In this document: positions 10,111-22,974 of the stretch, piece after piece
Layout of the letters: every line of letters starts with the position of its first letter
Numbering within the stretch: the stretch's first letter is position 1
From: Thermoanaerobaculum sp.
GTDB lineage: Bacteria; Acidobacteriota; Thermoanaerobaculia; Multivoradales; UBA5704
Direction of reading: 5' to 3'
DNA: 64,000 nucleotides
Assembly (NCBI GenBank): GCA_021154885.1
Contig: JAJKHS010000104.1
Location: 1,410 to 65,409 of the forward strand
Notes under the pieces: generated by a model
Told to the model about the DNA's origin: nothing
Database searches by the model: none
The model's input: the letters and a program-made list of their open reading frames with translations, nothing else
Translations under genes and position numbers: made by a program

Positions 10111-10115
10111 GGCCC

Positions 10116-10205
10116 CCTGGGACCGCCGGCGTCCCGCCGGCTGCTAACTCCAGTTTTTTAAAAAGAAACGGAGTTAGCAGCCGGCGGGACGCCGGCGGTC
10201 CCAGG
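10116..10205. repeat. REP-like palindrome family B, copy 1 (perfect 36-bp inverted repeat, possible bidirectional terminator)
   Basis: CCTGGGACCGCCGGCGTCCCGCCGGCTGCTAACTCC and its exact reverse complement flank an 18-nt AT-rich loop, between convergent genes. Confidence 0.9.
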
Positions 10206-10237
10206 AAAGTCCTCAGGAAAGCCCTCTCCTCAACCCT

Positions 10238-12571
10238 CTACTTTCCTGGAGCGTCCTTCAGGGCCGCGACCTTCTCCTTGAGCCCGGCCACCAGCGGCTG
10301 GACCGAGGTCAAAGCCTTCTCTTCCTCGGCGAGGACCGCGGCGAGCACCGGCTTGAGATCCCAATCGTCGGCCTTGCCACCCCCGGCCCGAAGCACCAGC
10401 CCGACCAGCCGCTCGGCGGCGTCGAGCCGTCCCCAGAGGTAGTCGTTCTCGCGCCAGTCGCGGTGGAGAAACGCGCCGAAGTGGGCCACCGCGACGCCCT
10501 TGAGCTTGTCGTGCGCGGTGCTCAACCCCAGCCGGGTCGAGTCGTTCGGGCTCATGCGCACGATCTCGAGCGGGCGCAGCTCGCCGGCCTCGGAAAGCCG
10601 GATGGCGGGGTAGATCATGGCATCCCAGAAGGGGAAGCCCAGGTAGCGCAGCATCACCTCCTCGCGCTGCGCGGGAGTCCAGTCGGCCGTGATGGTGCGG
10701 AAGTCCTCGTAGAGCCCGTGATGGATCAGGTTCTTCTGTTCGCGGAGGAAACCGCTGAGCCGGTCGGCCAGGCCATCCATCTCGTCGCCGTGCTGGTCGA
10801 CGAAGCCCTTGGCGAATTCCTGCAGGTCCAGGCCCTTGTCGACCGCGTCGCCGAGAGTGGGCGGGAACCGCGCGATCAGTGCGGGGGCCAGGGTGCCCTG
10901 CAGGTCGTCGCTGGAATTCTCGCTCAGCGCCCGCAAAGTATCGATGCGGTCGTAGAGCGCGACCTTGGCCCGGTCGAGGTCGCGGCGCGGAGGCGCGCCC
11001 GCTTCGTCATAGAAATGGTTGATGCGTTGGAGGACGAAGGCGAAGCGCCGGCGGGTGTAGCCGAGGTCGAACTGGTTGAGCAGCTTGCCTCTCTTCTCGC
11101 GATCCACGTCCGCGCCGATCAGCTTCCGGCGTTGCGCCCAGCGGTCGACGATCAGGCGGATCAGAAAGGCGAGGTTGCTCTCCTCCTCCTTGTAGTTGCA
11201 GACCTGGCAAATGCCGAAGGCGAACTGCTCGACGATGGAGTGGGCGCGGACCTGGAGATAGGGGTCATAGAGATAGCCGCCGCGGCTCTCCGCCTTGGTG
11301 TCCAGCCGCTCCCGCTGCTGCGCGAGCTGAGCCGGGTCTGCCGCCGCCAGCTTCTCGCCCAGGTCTCGGGTCAGCTCGTCTTTCAGGATGCCTGCGATTT
11401 CCCCCTGAGTGCTGGCGACCAGCTCGTCGATCCGCCGCACCCGCTCGTTGAAGCTGCGCGCGGCGACGAGCTCCTCCAGGATCGGCTGCGACGCGGCCAC
11501 GCTCGACAGTCCCGCCCAGATGGAGCCGAAGAAATTGGGCGGCTCGCCCGTGGGGTTCTGCTGCTCGCTGCCGGGGTCCGGCTGGAGATAGAGGAGATAG
11601 CGGCTCACTTCGGACTCCGCGCGCAGCTTGACGATGGCATTGATCGCCGGCCGGAAGGGGTAGTTGTTGAGCACGCCGCCGTCGACGAAATAGGTCTTGC
11701 TCGCATCGGCGCCCGACTGCTCATAGGCGCTGAAGAACTCGTGCTGAAAGCCGGCCGGGAGGTGGAGGTCCTTGGCGTCATCGAGGTGGACGGGCGGAAA
11801 GGCGCCGGGGAACGAGGACGTGGCGCGGCAGGCGAGCGCGAGGGCGCCGTTATAGCTCGGATCGAACTGGTCGATCCTCTCCGTCCGATCGTAATTGAAG
11901 TTGAAGACGTGCCGGTTGCGCCGCTCGGTGACGGTCGGCGGATCGTTGATCGTCATGTACTGGCGGTAGCCGTAGTAGTCCGTGGTGGTCACGAACAGTT
12001 GCAGCGGATGGCCGTCGGGCATCAGCGACGCCGGGCTCGTTTTCGGTTCATATCCCGACGAGGTGCCGTCCATGGCCTTCAGCGCGTCGTACAGCCAGCC
12101 CAGCATGGCCTGGCCCTTGAGCGGCGGCTCAGCCTTGTTGCGGAACAGGTCGGCCAGGAAGTGGCCGACCGTGAGCGCCTCCTTGAGGCGCGAGCCGCCC
12201 AGGAGCTGCTCGATGTCCCCCCTTTCGAACCAGAGGTCGCGCAGCGCGTCCTGCGAGAGATTGTGCGCCAGCGCCTTGCAGAGGATGATGCCGTTGATGC
12301 CGCCGGCCGAGGTGCCCGCCACCACGTCGATCACCACGCGCGTCAGCGCCCGGTCCCCGGAGCGCTCCTGAGTGGTCTTCAGCACCTGCCAGTAGGCGTG
12401 CTCGGAGCTCGCCGGAGGAAAGGGATTGGTATCCGGATCGTCCTCCAGGGCGCGCGAGGCGACGACCAGCTTCTGCAGCTCCTTGGTCATGCCGTGCATG
12501 TAGATGGCGAGCGACACTCCGCCATAGCAGACGAGCCCCAGGCGCAGCTCACGGACGTTGCTCTCACTCAT
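10238..12571 (-). CDS. Patatin-like phospholipase with DUF3376 C-terminal domain
   Basis: GGVSLAIYMHG, GTSAGG nucleophile motif and DGG motif. C-terminal KLKG..HFGAFL..WRENDYLWGRLDAAERL. Confidence 0.9.
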   Translation of the reverse strand: MSESNVRELRLGLVCYGGVSLAIYMHGMTKELQKLVVASRALEDDPDTNPFPPASSEHAYWQVLKTTQERSGDRALTRVVIDVVAGTSAGGINGIILCKALAHNLSQDALRDLWFERGDIEQLLGGSRLKEALTVGHFLADLFRNKAEPPLKGQAMLGWLYDALKAMDGTSSGYEPKTSPASLMPDGHPLQLFVTTTDYYGYRQYMTINDPPTVTERRNRHVFNFNYDRTERIDQFDPSYNGALALACRATSSFPGAFPPVHLDDAKDLHLPAGFQHEFFSAYEQSGADASKTYFVDGGVLNNYPFRPAINAIVKLRAESEVSRYLLYLQPDPGSEQQNPTGEPPNFFGSIWAGLSSVAASQPILEELVAARSFNERVRRIDELVASTQGEIAGILKDELTRDLGEKLAAADPAQLAQQRERLDTKAESRGGYLYDPYLQVRAHSIVEQFAFGICQVCNYKEEESNLAFLIRLIVDRWAQRRKLIGADVDREKRGKLLNQFDLGYTRRRFAFVLQRINHFYDEAGAPPRRDLDRAKVALYDRIDTLRALSENSSDDLQGTLAPALIARFPPTLGDAVDKGLDLQEFAKGFVDQHGDEMDGLADRLSGFLREQKNLIHHGLYEDFRTITADWTPAQREEVMLRYLGFPFWDAMIYPAIRLSEAGELRPLEIVRMSPNDSTRLGLSTAHDKLKGVAVAHFGAFLHRDWRENDYLWGRLDAAERLVGLVLRAGGGKADDWDLKPVLAAVLAEEEKALTSVQPLVAGLKEKVAALKDAPGK

Positions 12572-12630
12572 AACCTCTCCTCCTCCTGCCAGTAGACGGC
12601 CGCACGGCTCTTTTTCACGGTTTCGTGAGT

Positions 12631-13044
12631 CTATAACGCGGCCGCGGCCGGAGCCACCACCGCCGTCGCCTCGATCTCCACCTTCGCCCTGTCCTCCAGC
12701 AGCCCGGCGACCACCACCACCGACATCGCAGGAAAATACCGCCCCATCACCTCGCGATAGGCGCGCCCGATCTCGCGCTGCGACGCGAGGTAGGCGGCCT
12801 TGTCGGTGACGTACCAGGTCAGCCGCACGAGGTGGCGCGGCTCGGCTCCGGCTTCGCGGAGAACGGCGAGGACGTTCTTTAAGGCCTGCGCCGTCTGGGC
12901 GGCGAAATCGTCGGTCTCAAATTGGCTGGTCCCGGGGTTCCAGCCGATCTGGCCGGCGATGAGGACGAGCCGGCCCTGGGCGGCGATGCCGTTGGAATAA
13001 CCTTTCGGAAGGGCCCAGCCCGCGGGTTGGAGGATCTCGCTCAT
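12631..13044 (-). CDS. RidA/YjgF family protein
   Basis: [19 protein letters not shown]...IAGQIGW...KVEIEATA. Overlaps the stop of the CoA ligase gene (ATGA). Confidence 0.9.
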   Translation of the reverse strand: MSEILQPAGWALPKGYSNGIAAQGRLVLIAGQIGWNPGTSQFETDDFAAQTAQALKNVLAVLREAGAEPRHLVRLTWYVTDKAAYLASQREIGRAYREVMGRYFPAMSVVVVAGLLEDRAKVEIEATAVVAPAAAAL

Positions 13045-14663
13045 CGCCCCTGCTCCCGCAGGCGGAAACGCTGGAGCTTGCCGGTCTCGGTGCGCGGCAG
13101 GGCGTCGACGAAGTCGATCGCCCGCGGGTACTTGTAGGGCGCGATCTCCCGCTTGACGAAGTCCTGCAGCTCCTTGACCAGCTCGGGACCGGCCGCGAAG
13201 CCCGGACGCAGCACCACGAACGCCTTGACGATCTGGCCGCGCTCCTCGTCGGGCACTCCCACGACGCCGCACTCGCTCACCTGCGGATGATCGAGGAGCA
13301 CGGCCTCCACCTCCGGGCCGGAGACGTTGTTCCCCGCCGAAATGATCATGTCGTCGGTGCGCGCCTGGTACCAGAAGTAGCCGTCCGCGTCCATGACGTA
13401 GGAGTCGCCGGTCAGGTTCCAGCCGTGCTGAACGTAGGCCCGCTGCCGTTCAGGGTTCGCCAGGTAGCGGCAGCCGGTGGGTCCCCGCACCGCCAGCCGG
13501 CCGAGAGTGCCGGCTGGCACCTCCTGGAGCTGCTCGTCCACGACCCGGGCCTCGTAGCCAGGGACGACTCTGCCCGTCGAGCCGGGGCGGACGTCGTCGC
13601 CTGCGGCGCTGATGAAGATGTGGAGCATCTCGGTCGAGCCGATGCCGTCGATGATCTTCAAGCCCGTGGCCTGCTGCCAGGCTTCGAAGGTCGGCCTGGG
13701 GAGGGTCTCGCCGGCCGAGACGCATTTCCTGAGGCTGGAGAGATCGAAACCCTGGGCCAGGCCCGCCATGGCGCGGTAGGCGGTGGGGGCGGTGAAGCAG
13801 ATCGTGGCACGGTGGTCCTGGATGCCCTGCAGGAGCTGCGGCGGCGAGGCCTGCTCCAGCAGCAGGGCGGAGGCGCCGATGCGCATCGGGAACAGCAGCA
13901 GGCCGCCGAGCCCGAAGGTGAAGGCGAGCGGCGGCGAGCCGCAGAAGACGTCGTCCGCCTCGGGCTTGAGCACGTGGGGCGGGAAGCAGTCGCAGGCCGC
14001 CAGCACGTCGCGATGGAAGTGCATCGTCCCCTTGCCCTGGCCGGTGGTGCCCGAGGTGAAGGCGATGAGGGCCGTGTCGTCCGCCGCCGTGTCGCAGTTG
14101 GCGAATTCCGCGGGCTCGTCCGCCATCAGCGATTCGAGCGCGCCGGGCAGGGCGCTCTGGTAATGGATCACGTTGCCGGTGCTGGCCATGGCGTGCTCGC
14201 AGTCGGCCGCCACCCGCGCGTCGGTCAGGGCGAGGCGGATCTGCGCCTGGCCGGCGATGTGGGTCAGCTCGCGCACCCGCAGCAGCGGCATGGTGCACAC
14301 CACGACGCCGCCCGCCTTGAGCACGGCGAACCAGCAGGCGGCCAGCATGGGGGTGTTCGGCCCGCGCAGCAGGACCCGGTTGCCGGGCACCACGCCGAGG
14401 TCCTCCACCAGGACGTGGGCGATGCGGTTCGCGGTCGCCAGCAGTTGGCCGTAGGACCACCGGCCGCCAGGGAAGTGGAGGGCGGTGCGCTCGCCCCAAC
14501 CGGCCGCCACCGCCCGGTCGAGCAGCTCCGCGGCGCAGTTCAACCGCGGCGGCCGCGGCAGATCACCGAGCTCGGGCAGCCCGTAGAAGTCCATCTCCGG
14601 CCACAGCTCGCGCGGCGGCAGGTGGTCGCGGCAGAAGGTGTCCACATGGGCGCTCTCAATCAT
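13041..14663 (-). CDS. abmG: 2-aminobenzoate-CoA ligase (AMP-binding, benzoate-CoA ligase family)
   Basis: Starts [17 protein letters not shown]. Contains [23 protein letters not shown] and PYKYPR. Operon context with the monooxygenase/reductase. Confidence 0.8.
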   Translation of the reverse strand: MIESAHVDTFCRDHLPPRELWPEMDFYGLPELGDLPRPPRLNCAAELLDRAVAAGWGERTALHFPGGRWSYGQLLATANRIAHVLVEDLGVVPGNRVLLRGPNTPMLAACWFAVLKAGGVVVCTMPLLRVRELTHIAGQAQIRLALTDARVAADCEHAMASTGNVIHYQSALPGALESLMADEPAEFANCDTAADDTALIAFTSGTTGQGKGTMHFHRDVLAACDCFPPHVLKPEADDVFCGSPPLAFTFGLGGLLLFPMRIGASALLLEQASPPQLLQGIQDHRATICFTAPTAYRAMAGLAQGFDLSSLRKCVSAGETLPRPTFEAWQQATGLKIIDGIGSTEMLHIFISAAGDDVRPGSTGRVVPGYEARVVDEQLQEVPAGTLGRLAVRGPTGCRYLANPERQRAYVQHGWNLTGDSYVMDADGYFWYQARTDDMIISAGNNVSGPEVEAVLLDHPQVSECGVVGVPDEERGQIVKAFVVLRPGFAAGPELVKELQDFVKREIAPYKYPRAIDFVDALPRTETGKLQRFRLREQGR

Positions 14664-15831
14664 GTGTTCCTCTCGGGTCAGCGAGGATCTGGCCGGCGAT
14701 GACGAGCCTCTGGATCTCACTGGTCCCTTCATAGATGCGCAGGGCGCGGACCTCCCGGTAGAGCCGTTCGACGGGCGAGCCGGCGACGACGCCGCGGCCG
14801 CCGAGGAGCTGGACGGCGGCGTCGACCACGCGCTGCGCCGCCTCGGTGGCGAAGAGCTTGGCCATGGCCGCCTCGCGGGTGATGCGCTGCGCTCCGGCGT
14901 CGCGCGTCCAGGCGGCGCGGTAGACCAGCAGGGCGGAGGCGTCGACCTCGCAGGCCATGTCCGCGAGCTTCGCCTGGGTGAGCTGGTGCTCTGCGAGAGG
15001 CTTGCCAAAGGCGGTGCGTTGCACGGCATGGCCGAGCGCCTCGTCGAGGGCGCGGCGCGCGAACCCCAGGGCCGCGGCGCCGACGGTGGGGCGGAAGACG
15101 TCGAGCGTCGCCAGCGCCACCTTGAGCCCTTTCCCCGGCTCCCCCACCAGGGCCCCGGCTGGCACGCGGCACTCCTCGAATTCGAGGGTTCCAAGAGGGT
15201 GGGGCGCCAGCACGTCGATTCGCTCGGCGATCCGCAGCCCCGGGTTGTCCGCCGCGACGAGGAAGGCTCCGAAACCCCGCTCGCCGGCTTCGGGGACGCG
15301 GCAGAAAATAATGTAAAAATCGGCGAGGCCGGCATTCGAGATCCAGGTCTTGGACCCGTCGAGCACCCAGCCATCGCCTTTATCGTCCCGCCGGGCGGTG
15401 GAGCGCATGGCGGCGACGTCGGAGCCCGCCTCGGCTTCCGAGAGGGCGAAGGCGGGGATCGCCTGGCCGGCGGCGACCCGGGGGAGCCAGGTGCGCCGCT
15501 GCTCCTCGGAGCCGAACAGCGAGAGAGGACCTGAGCCAAGCCCCTGGAGGGCGAAGGCGAAGTCGGCAATGCCGGAGTGGCGGGCGAGCGTCTCGCGGAT
15601 CAGGCAGAGGGAGCGCACGTCGAGACGGTCTCCATCTTCAGACACGGCCCGGCGCAGCCAGCCCCCCTCCCCCAGCCGGCGGACGAGCTCGCGGCAGGCG
15701 CCGTCGAGATCCTCATCCTCCTGTCCTGCCAGCGGCGCGATCTCCTTCCGGCACCAGTCGTCGAGGTCACGGGCGAGGGCTCGGTGGGAGTCCGCGAAGA
15801 AGGGCCAGGAGAGGAAGGTCGCGTCCGGCAT
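14656..15831 (-). CDS. Acyl-CoA dehydrogenase
   Basis: [28 protein letters not shown] and [11 protein letters not shown] motifs. Confidence 0.92.
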   Translation of the reverse strand: MPDATFLSWPFFADSHRALARDLDDWCRKEIAPLAGQEDEDLDGACRELVRRLGEGGWLRRAVSEDGDRLDVRSLCLIRETLARHSGIADFAFALQGLGSGPLSLFGSEEQRRTWLPRVAAGQAIPAFALSEAEAGSDVAAMRSTARRDDKGDGWVLDGSKTWISNAGLADFYIIFCRVPEAGERGFGAFLVAADNPGLRIAERIDVLAPHPLGTLEFEECRVPAGALVGEPGKGLKVALATLDVFRPTVGAAALGFARRALDEALGHAVQRTAFGKPLAEHQLTQAKLADMACEVDASALLVYRAAWTRDAGAQRITREAAMAKLFATEAAQRVVDAAVQLLGGRGVVAGSPVERLYREVRALRIYEGTSEIQRLVIAGQILADPRGTHD

Positions 15832-16665
15832 TCAATCGCCCTCGAAGACCGGCTTTTCCCGGGCGGCGAAGGCGCGGAAGGCGCGGGCGAAGTCCTCGGT
15901 CTGCATGCAGATCGCCTGCGCCTGCGCCTCGGCCTCGATGGCCTGATCAACTCCCATGTCCCACTCCTGATGAAGCTGGCGCTTGGTCATGGCATGGGCA
16001 AAGGTGGGGCCGTGAGCGATCGAGCGGGCGAGCTCCCCGGCCTCGGCGAGGAGGCTCTCGGGAGCGACGAGCCGGTTGTAGAAGCCCCAGCGCTCGGCCT
16101 CGGCGGCCTCTAGAAAGCGGCCGGTGTAGAGCAGCTCGGAGGCTCGCCCCTGGCCGACGAGGCGCGGCAGGATGGCGCAGGCTCCCATGTCCGCGCCGGA
16201 GAGCCCGACGCGAGCGAAAAGGAAGGCCACGCGGCTGCGCGGCGTGCCGAGCCGCAGGTCCGAGGCCATGGCGAGGATCGCGCCCGCTCCGGCACAGATG
16301 CCGTCGACGGCCGCGACGATCGGCTGCGGGCAGGCGCGCATCGTCTTCACCAGCTCGCCGGTGAGACGGGTGAACTCGAGGAGGCGGTCCATCCGCTTCT
16401 CCTCGCGCATCGCGACCAGCGGGCCGATGATCTCGTGCACGTCGCCGCCCGAGCAGAAGTTCTCGCCGGCGCCGGTCAGGACCAGGGCCTTGACCTCCTC
16501 GACGTGCCGGAGGCGGTGGAAGGTGTCGGCCAGCTCGCGATAGGAGTCGAAGGTGAGCGGGTTCTTGCGCTCCGGCCGGTCGAGCGTGACGGTGGCGACG
16601 CGGTCCGCGACGCTCCAGCCGAAGTGGCGGGGGTGGAGGTCGGCGAGCGGGATGCGGTGGTTCAC
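15832..16665 (-). CDS. Enoyl-CoA hydratase/isomerase family protein
   Basis: [17 protein letters not shown] and [17 protein letters not shown] crotonase motifs. Confidence 0.92.
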   Translation of the reverse strand: MNHRIPLADLHPRHFGWSVADRVATVTLDRPERKNPLTFDSYRELADTFHRLRHVEEVKALVLTGAGENFCSGGDVHEIIGPLVAMREEKRMDRLLEFTRLTGELVKTMRACPQPIVAAVDGICAGAGAILAMASDLRLGTPRSRVAFLFARVGLSGADMGACAILPRLVGQGRASELLYTGRFLEAAEAERWGFYNRLVAPESLLAEAGELARSIAHGPTFAHAMTKRQLHQEWDMGVDQAIEAEAQAQAICMQTEDFARAFRAFAAREKPVFEGD

Positions 16666-16682
16666 AGGGGGGCTCCTTTAAG

Positions 16683-16887
16683 ACCCTCATCACCCCGGCC
16701 CTCTTCTCCCGCCCCCTCGCCACCCCCCTCACCGGGAGAAGAGGGAGACCAGCAAGACCGCTCCAACCGGGTTCCCCTCTCCCGGTGAGGGGGGTGGGCG
16801 GGGGCGGGAGAGGGGACAGGGGTGAGGGCCCTCGGGTGGGGGCGCTCTGAGGCTGAGTTTGCGCCTCTGGGGGACAGGGGTGAGGCC

Positions 16888-16888
<1 letters not shown>
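16683..16888. repeat. Dispersed palindromic repeat family C (CCCTCTTCTCCC...GGGAGAAGAGGG), copy 1
   Basis: Two head-to-head hairpin units inside the abm operon. Related to 19381-19472 and 32818-32980. Confidence 0.8.
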
Positions 16889-19203
<2,315 letters not shown>

Positions 19204-19281
19204 GCGGGGGCTCTCAGCGAAGGCGCTCTGCGTCTCACCGGGGGGATGCTAGCATGCCCTAACCTTGCCTGGGGTAGGGAT

Positions 19282-19374
19282 CCCTGGGACCGCCGGCGTC
19301 CCGCCGGCCTTCTAACTTCTGTTTCTAAAGAAGAAGCGGAGTAAGTGGCCGGCGGGACGCCGGCGGTCCCAGGG
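19282..19374. repeat. REP-like palindrome family B, copy 2
   Basis: 28-bp inverted repeat CCCTGGGACCGCCGGCGTCCCGCCGGCC, with the same arms as 10116-10205. Confidence 0.88.
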
Positions 19375-19380
19375 GAGCTC

Positions 19381-19472
19381 TTGCTTCTGCTTGTTGTTTC
19401 AGACTAACCACTCCCTCTTCTCCCGGCGGACGGGGGGGGAGGCTGGGAGAAGAGGGCCGCGGTGATGAGGGC
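19381..19472. repeat. Repeat family C, copy 2
   Basis: Near-exact reverse complement of about 70 bp starting at 32818. Confidence 0.82.
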
Positions 19473-19601
19473 CCACCGGCTCGGGAAGGCAAACCGGCAA
19501 AGCAAGAGCCGGCGAGGAGGCCGGCCCAGCGCCGTCCCCTCCGGGCCGCACACCCGTCCTCTCCCCCGGTCTTCCCCTCATTTCTCCCCTGGGAAGAGAC
19601 C

Positions 19602-19617
19602 GGGCATGGTTCTTGCC
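19602..19617 (+). promoter_or_regulatory. Sigma-54 promoter candidate
   Basis: GGGCATG-GTTC-TTGCC lies about 80 bp upstream of 19700, the same position as in its paralogue. Confidence 0.55.
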
Positions 19618-19699
19618 CTTATCTCTCTGTGAGCAGTCGCCGCGGTGCCCACCCCCGTTCTACCTAACTTTGGCATCGCGCAACGCAACGAGGTGACCC

Positions 19700-21304
19700 A
19701 TGAAAACGACACGCATTTTGCTCCTCGCAGCGGTCCTCCTGGGAGTCCTCCCGGAGATGGGCTCCGCTGTGACCTCGATCTCGGCGGGGATCCACATCGG
19801 TCCCTCGGGCCGCGCCCGGGTGGACCTCGGCTTCTTCTACGACGACCTCGCCTCCTATGGACGCTGGATCCAGCGCCCGCGCTACGGCTGGGTCTGGACG
19901 CCGCGCGTCGTGGCCCGCTCCTGGCGCCCTTATGAATACGGGCACTGGGTGTGGACCGACCTCGGCTGGACCTGGGTCTCGGACGAACCCTTCGGCTGGG
20001 CGACCTATCACTACGGCCGCTGGTACGACGATCCCGACTACGGCTGGGAGTGGGTTCCCGGCGACCAGTGGGCTCCGGCCTGGGTCGACTGGCACGAGGG
20101 GAACAACTACGTCGGTTGGGCTCCCCTGCCGCCGAGCATCGGCTACCGTCCAGGAATCAATCTGAACGTCGACCTCGCGGCCGAGGACTTCGTCTTCGTG
20201 CCGGAGGATCGATTCCTGGATACGCGTGTCTACGACTACGCGGTCCCGAGCTCGGACTGCGGCCGGATCTATCGCGGCACCCGGAGCTGGACCCGTTACC
20301 AGGACTACAACAACCAGGTCTTCAATGCGGGCATCCCGGTCGACCGCGTGCAGGGCTGGACCGGACGGCAGGTGCAGCGCTACCAGGTCGCCGATCTGGG
20401 GTGGAACGAGCGGCACCAGGGCGGGCGGTTCGCACAGAACCGGGTCGCCATGTTCCGGCCGCAGGTAGAGAGGACGCGAGTCGACCCGCCGTCCGCCCGA
20501 CCGATCGCGCGCCGCGCAGTGCTGGCCGGAGCGGCCGCCGCCCAGTGGCAACAGCAACAGAAGGTCCGCCAGCAGGGCCGCTGGCAGCAGCAGCAGGGCC
20601 GAGCCCAGCAGCAGGCCCTCGTAGGGCAGCAGCAACAGCAGACCCGGCAGCAGCAGCGCTGGCAGAACCAGCAGAACCGGGCTCAGCAGCAGGGTGGTCA
20701 GCGCCTGGACAAGGTCCAGCGCCAAGCCCAGTGGCAGCAGCAACAGCAGACCCGGCAGCAGCAACGCTCGCAGAACCAGCAGAACCGGGCTCAGCAGCGG
20801 GGCGGTCAGCGTCTGGACAAGGTCCAGCGCCAAGCCCAGTGGCAACAGCAACAGCAAACCCGGCAGCAGCAGCGCGGTCAGAACCAGCAGAACCGGGCTC
20901 AGCAGCAGAGCGGCCAGCGCTTGGACAAGGTCCAGCGCCAGGCCCAGTGGCAACAGCAACAGCAGACCCGGCAGCAGCAGCGCTCGCAGCGTCAGCAGGA
21001 TCAGGCACAGCAGCAGGCCCGCGGGCAGCAGCAACAGGCACGGGCTCAGCGACAGGCCGAGTGGCAACAGCAGCAGCAAGCCCGACAGCAGCAGCGCTCA
21101 CAGCGTCAGCAGGACCAGGCTCAGCAGCAGCAGGCCCGCGGACAGCAGCAACAGGACCGGGCTCAGCGCCAGGCCCAGTGGCAGCAGCAGCAACAAGGCC
21201 GCCAGCAGGCCCGGCAACAGGCCCGCCAGCAGCGCCCGCAGCAACAGCAACAGGGCCAGCCTCAGGACAACGGCAATCACCACCACCGGCGGCCGCCGCA
21301 GTAG
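19700..21304 (+). CDS. Secreted DUF6600-type protein with Gln-rich repetitive tail, paralogue 2
   Basis: MKTTRILLL signal peptide and a core closely similar to 7581-8963, followed by a longer Q/W/R tail. Confidence 0.85.
   Translation: MKTTRILLLAAVLLGVLPEMGSAVTSISAGIHIGPSGRARVDLGFFYDDLASYGRWIQRPRYGWVWTPRVVARSWRPYEYGHWVWTDLGWTWVSDEPFGWATYHYGRWYDDPDYGWEWVPGDQWAPAWVDWHEGNNYVGWAPLPPSIGYRPGINLNVDLAAEDFVFVPEDRFLDTRVYDYAVPSSDCGRIYRGTRSWTRYQDYNNQVFNAGIPVDRVQGWTGRQVQRYQVADLGWNERHQGGRFAQNRVAMFRPQVERTRVDPPSARPIARRAVLAGAAAAQWQQQQKVRQQGRWQQQQGRAQQQALVGQQQQQTRQQQRWQNQQNRAQQQGGQRLDKVQRQAQWQQQQQTRQQQRSQNQQNRAQQRGGQRLDKVQRQAQWQQQQQTRQQQRGQNQQNRAQQQSGQRLDKVQRQAQWQQQQQTRQQQRSQRQQDQAQQQARGQQQQARAQRQAEWQQQQQARQQQRSQRQQDQAQQQQARGQQQQDRAQRQAQWQQQQQGRQQARQQARQQRPQQQQQGQPQDNGNHHHRRPPQ
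20620..21260 (+). repeat. Coding tandem repeat, 108-bp (36-aa) unit, about 3 copies plus degenerate units
   Basis: Unit QWQQQQQTRQQQRSQNQQNRAQQxGGQRLDKVQRQA. Confidence 0.85.
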
Positions 21305-21332
21305 TCCGCCGACCCCATAACTCCCCTTCCAG

Positions 21333-21361
21333 GAGCCCGGCGCCATCCGCCGGGCTCTTTT
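21333..21361 (+). terminator. Intrinsic terminator
   Basis: GAGCCCGGCG-CCATC-CGCCGGGCTC followed by TTTT. Confidence 0.75.
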
Positions 21362-21437
21362 CGTCTTCCGCTCCCGCACCGAATCGGGCTAGAGTCCCGC
21401 TGGCCGCTCCGGCGGCAACCAACACAGGAGACTCCCG

Positions 21438-22313
21438 ATGCCGACCGATGCGGCGCTGCTCGCCGGCGTGCCGTTCTTCCAGTACCTCGACGACGACGAG
21501 CGGGAGGTCCTCGCCCGCCAGCTCGACGCGGTGCGCATCCCGGCCGGCCAGCTCGTCTTCCAGGTCAACGACCCGGGCGGCACGATGTTCGTCATCCGCC
21601 AAGGGTCTGTCGAGGTCTTCTTCAAGGACGACACCGGCGAGCGCATCGTGCTCGAAACACCGGGCCCGGGCGAGGTGTTCGGCGAGGTCTCCTTCCTCGA
21701 CGCCGGCACGCGTACCGCCTCGGTCGTGGTCATCGAGGACCTCGAAGCGCTGGCCGTGGACCGCGACGACCTCGACCACCTCTTCCGCATCCACCCCGAG
21801 GCAGGGCTGGACATCATCGCCGCCATGGGCAACCGCCTGCGCCGTACCGTGCAGTTGCTGCGCCACACCGCCTCGCGCAACGTCAACGCCGAGGTCGAGG
21901 ACCGCCGGTCCAAAGTAGAAAAAGTGGCTGATTGGATCGCCGAGTTCTCGGGCAGCATCACCTTCCTGATGATCCACGTCGTCATCTTCGCCGTCTGGAT
22001 CCTGCTCAACGTCAACTGGCTCCCGGGCTGGAAGCCGCCGATGTTCGATCCCTTCCCCTTCGGGCTGCTCACCATGGTGGTGTCGCTCGAAGCGATCATC
22101 CTTTCGGTCTTCGTGCTCCTCAGCCAGAACCGCCAGGCGGCGAAGGAACACATCCGGGGCGACATCGAATACGAGGTCAACCTCAAGGCCGAGCTGGAGA
22201 TCGCCCACCTGCACGAGAAGATGGACCGCCTGCACCAGGAGGCCGTGGGGCGGCTGGACGAGCTGCAGCGGCTGGTCAAGCCGCCGGTTGACCCGCTCGG
22301 CGGACGAAGTTAG
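21438..22313 (+). CDS. Cyclic-nucleotide-binding domain + DUF1003 membrane protein
   Basis: FGEVSFLD..RTASV cNMP motif. FDPFPFGLLTMVVSLEAIILSVFVLLSQNR DUF1003 motif. Confidence 0.88.
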   Translation: MPTDAALLAGVPFFQYLDDDEREVLARQLDAVRIPAGQLVFQVNDPGGTMFVIRQGSVEVFFKDDTGERIVLETPGPGEVFGEVSFLDAGTRTASVVVIEDLEALAVDRDDLDHLFRIHPEAGLDIIAAMGNRLRRTVQLLRHTASRNVNAEVEDRRSKVEKVADWIAEFSGSITFLMIHVVIFAVWILLNVNWLPGWKPPMFDPFPFGLLTMVVSLEAIILSVFVLLSQNRQAAKEHIRGDIEYEVNLKAELEIAHLHEKMDRLHQEAVGRLDELQRLVKPPVDPLGGRS

Positions 22314-22358
22314 AATTCTTTTGAATCCATTGGAGGCCGAACGCCGGGAGCACTGCCG

Positions 22359-22973
22359 ATGCCCTGCATCTACCAGCACGATTTCTTCATCAGTTATCCG
22401 AACATGTCCACGGAAAACATCGTGACCGAGTTCGCCGAGGAGTTGGTCAAGGCCATCGAGCACCAGCGCACCGGGGAAAGGCTGCCCATGCCCGTATACA
22501 TGGACAAGGCTCGCCTCGAGCCCGGCTTCCGCTGGAAGCCCGAGCTCTCGCGGGCGCTGTGTCACAGCCGCGCCATGCTCGCCGTCTATACGGATGACTA
22601 CTTCTCCAGCGTATACTGCCTGGGCGAGTGGGATGCGATGGTCGACCTCGAGCTCAAGCGCCTCGGCAAGCCGGTGCACAGCATGATCATCCCGATCCTG
22701 CTGCGGGCCTCGGAGGACGACTACAAAAAGCCCATCCTGCCGGAGAGAATGAAAGAGCTGCAGTATGAGGACTTTCGCTCCATCCTGGCTCCCAAACAGC
22801 AGTTCAAAAACATCAAGGTACTGGAAAAAGTCCAACGCCTGTTGAAACGGATCAATGACCTGCGCAAACAGTCGCAAAACCCCAAAGTGGACTGCGACAC
22901 CTACGAAGTGATGATTCCCGCCGCGGCTCTTCCTCCACCTCAGGAAGCCTTTGGCGGCGGCTGGGCAAGCTGA
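22359..22973 (+). CDS. Stand-alone TIR-domain protein (FxsC-N-like)
   Basis: [41 protein letters not shown] (catalytic-position Glu present) and IIPILL. Confidence 0.82.
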   Translation: MPCIYQHDFFISYPNMSTENIVTEFAEELVKAIEHQRTGERLPMPVYMDKARLEPGFRWKPELSRALCHSRAMLAVYTDDYFSSVYCLGEWDAMVDLELKRLGKPVHSMIIPILLRASEDDYKKPILPERMKELQYEDFRSILAPKQQFKNIKVLEKVQRLLKRINDLRKQSQNPKVDCDTYEVMIPAAALPPPQEAFGGGWAS

Positions 22974-22974
22974 C

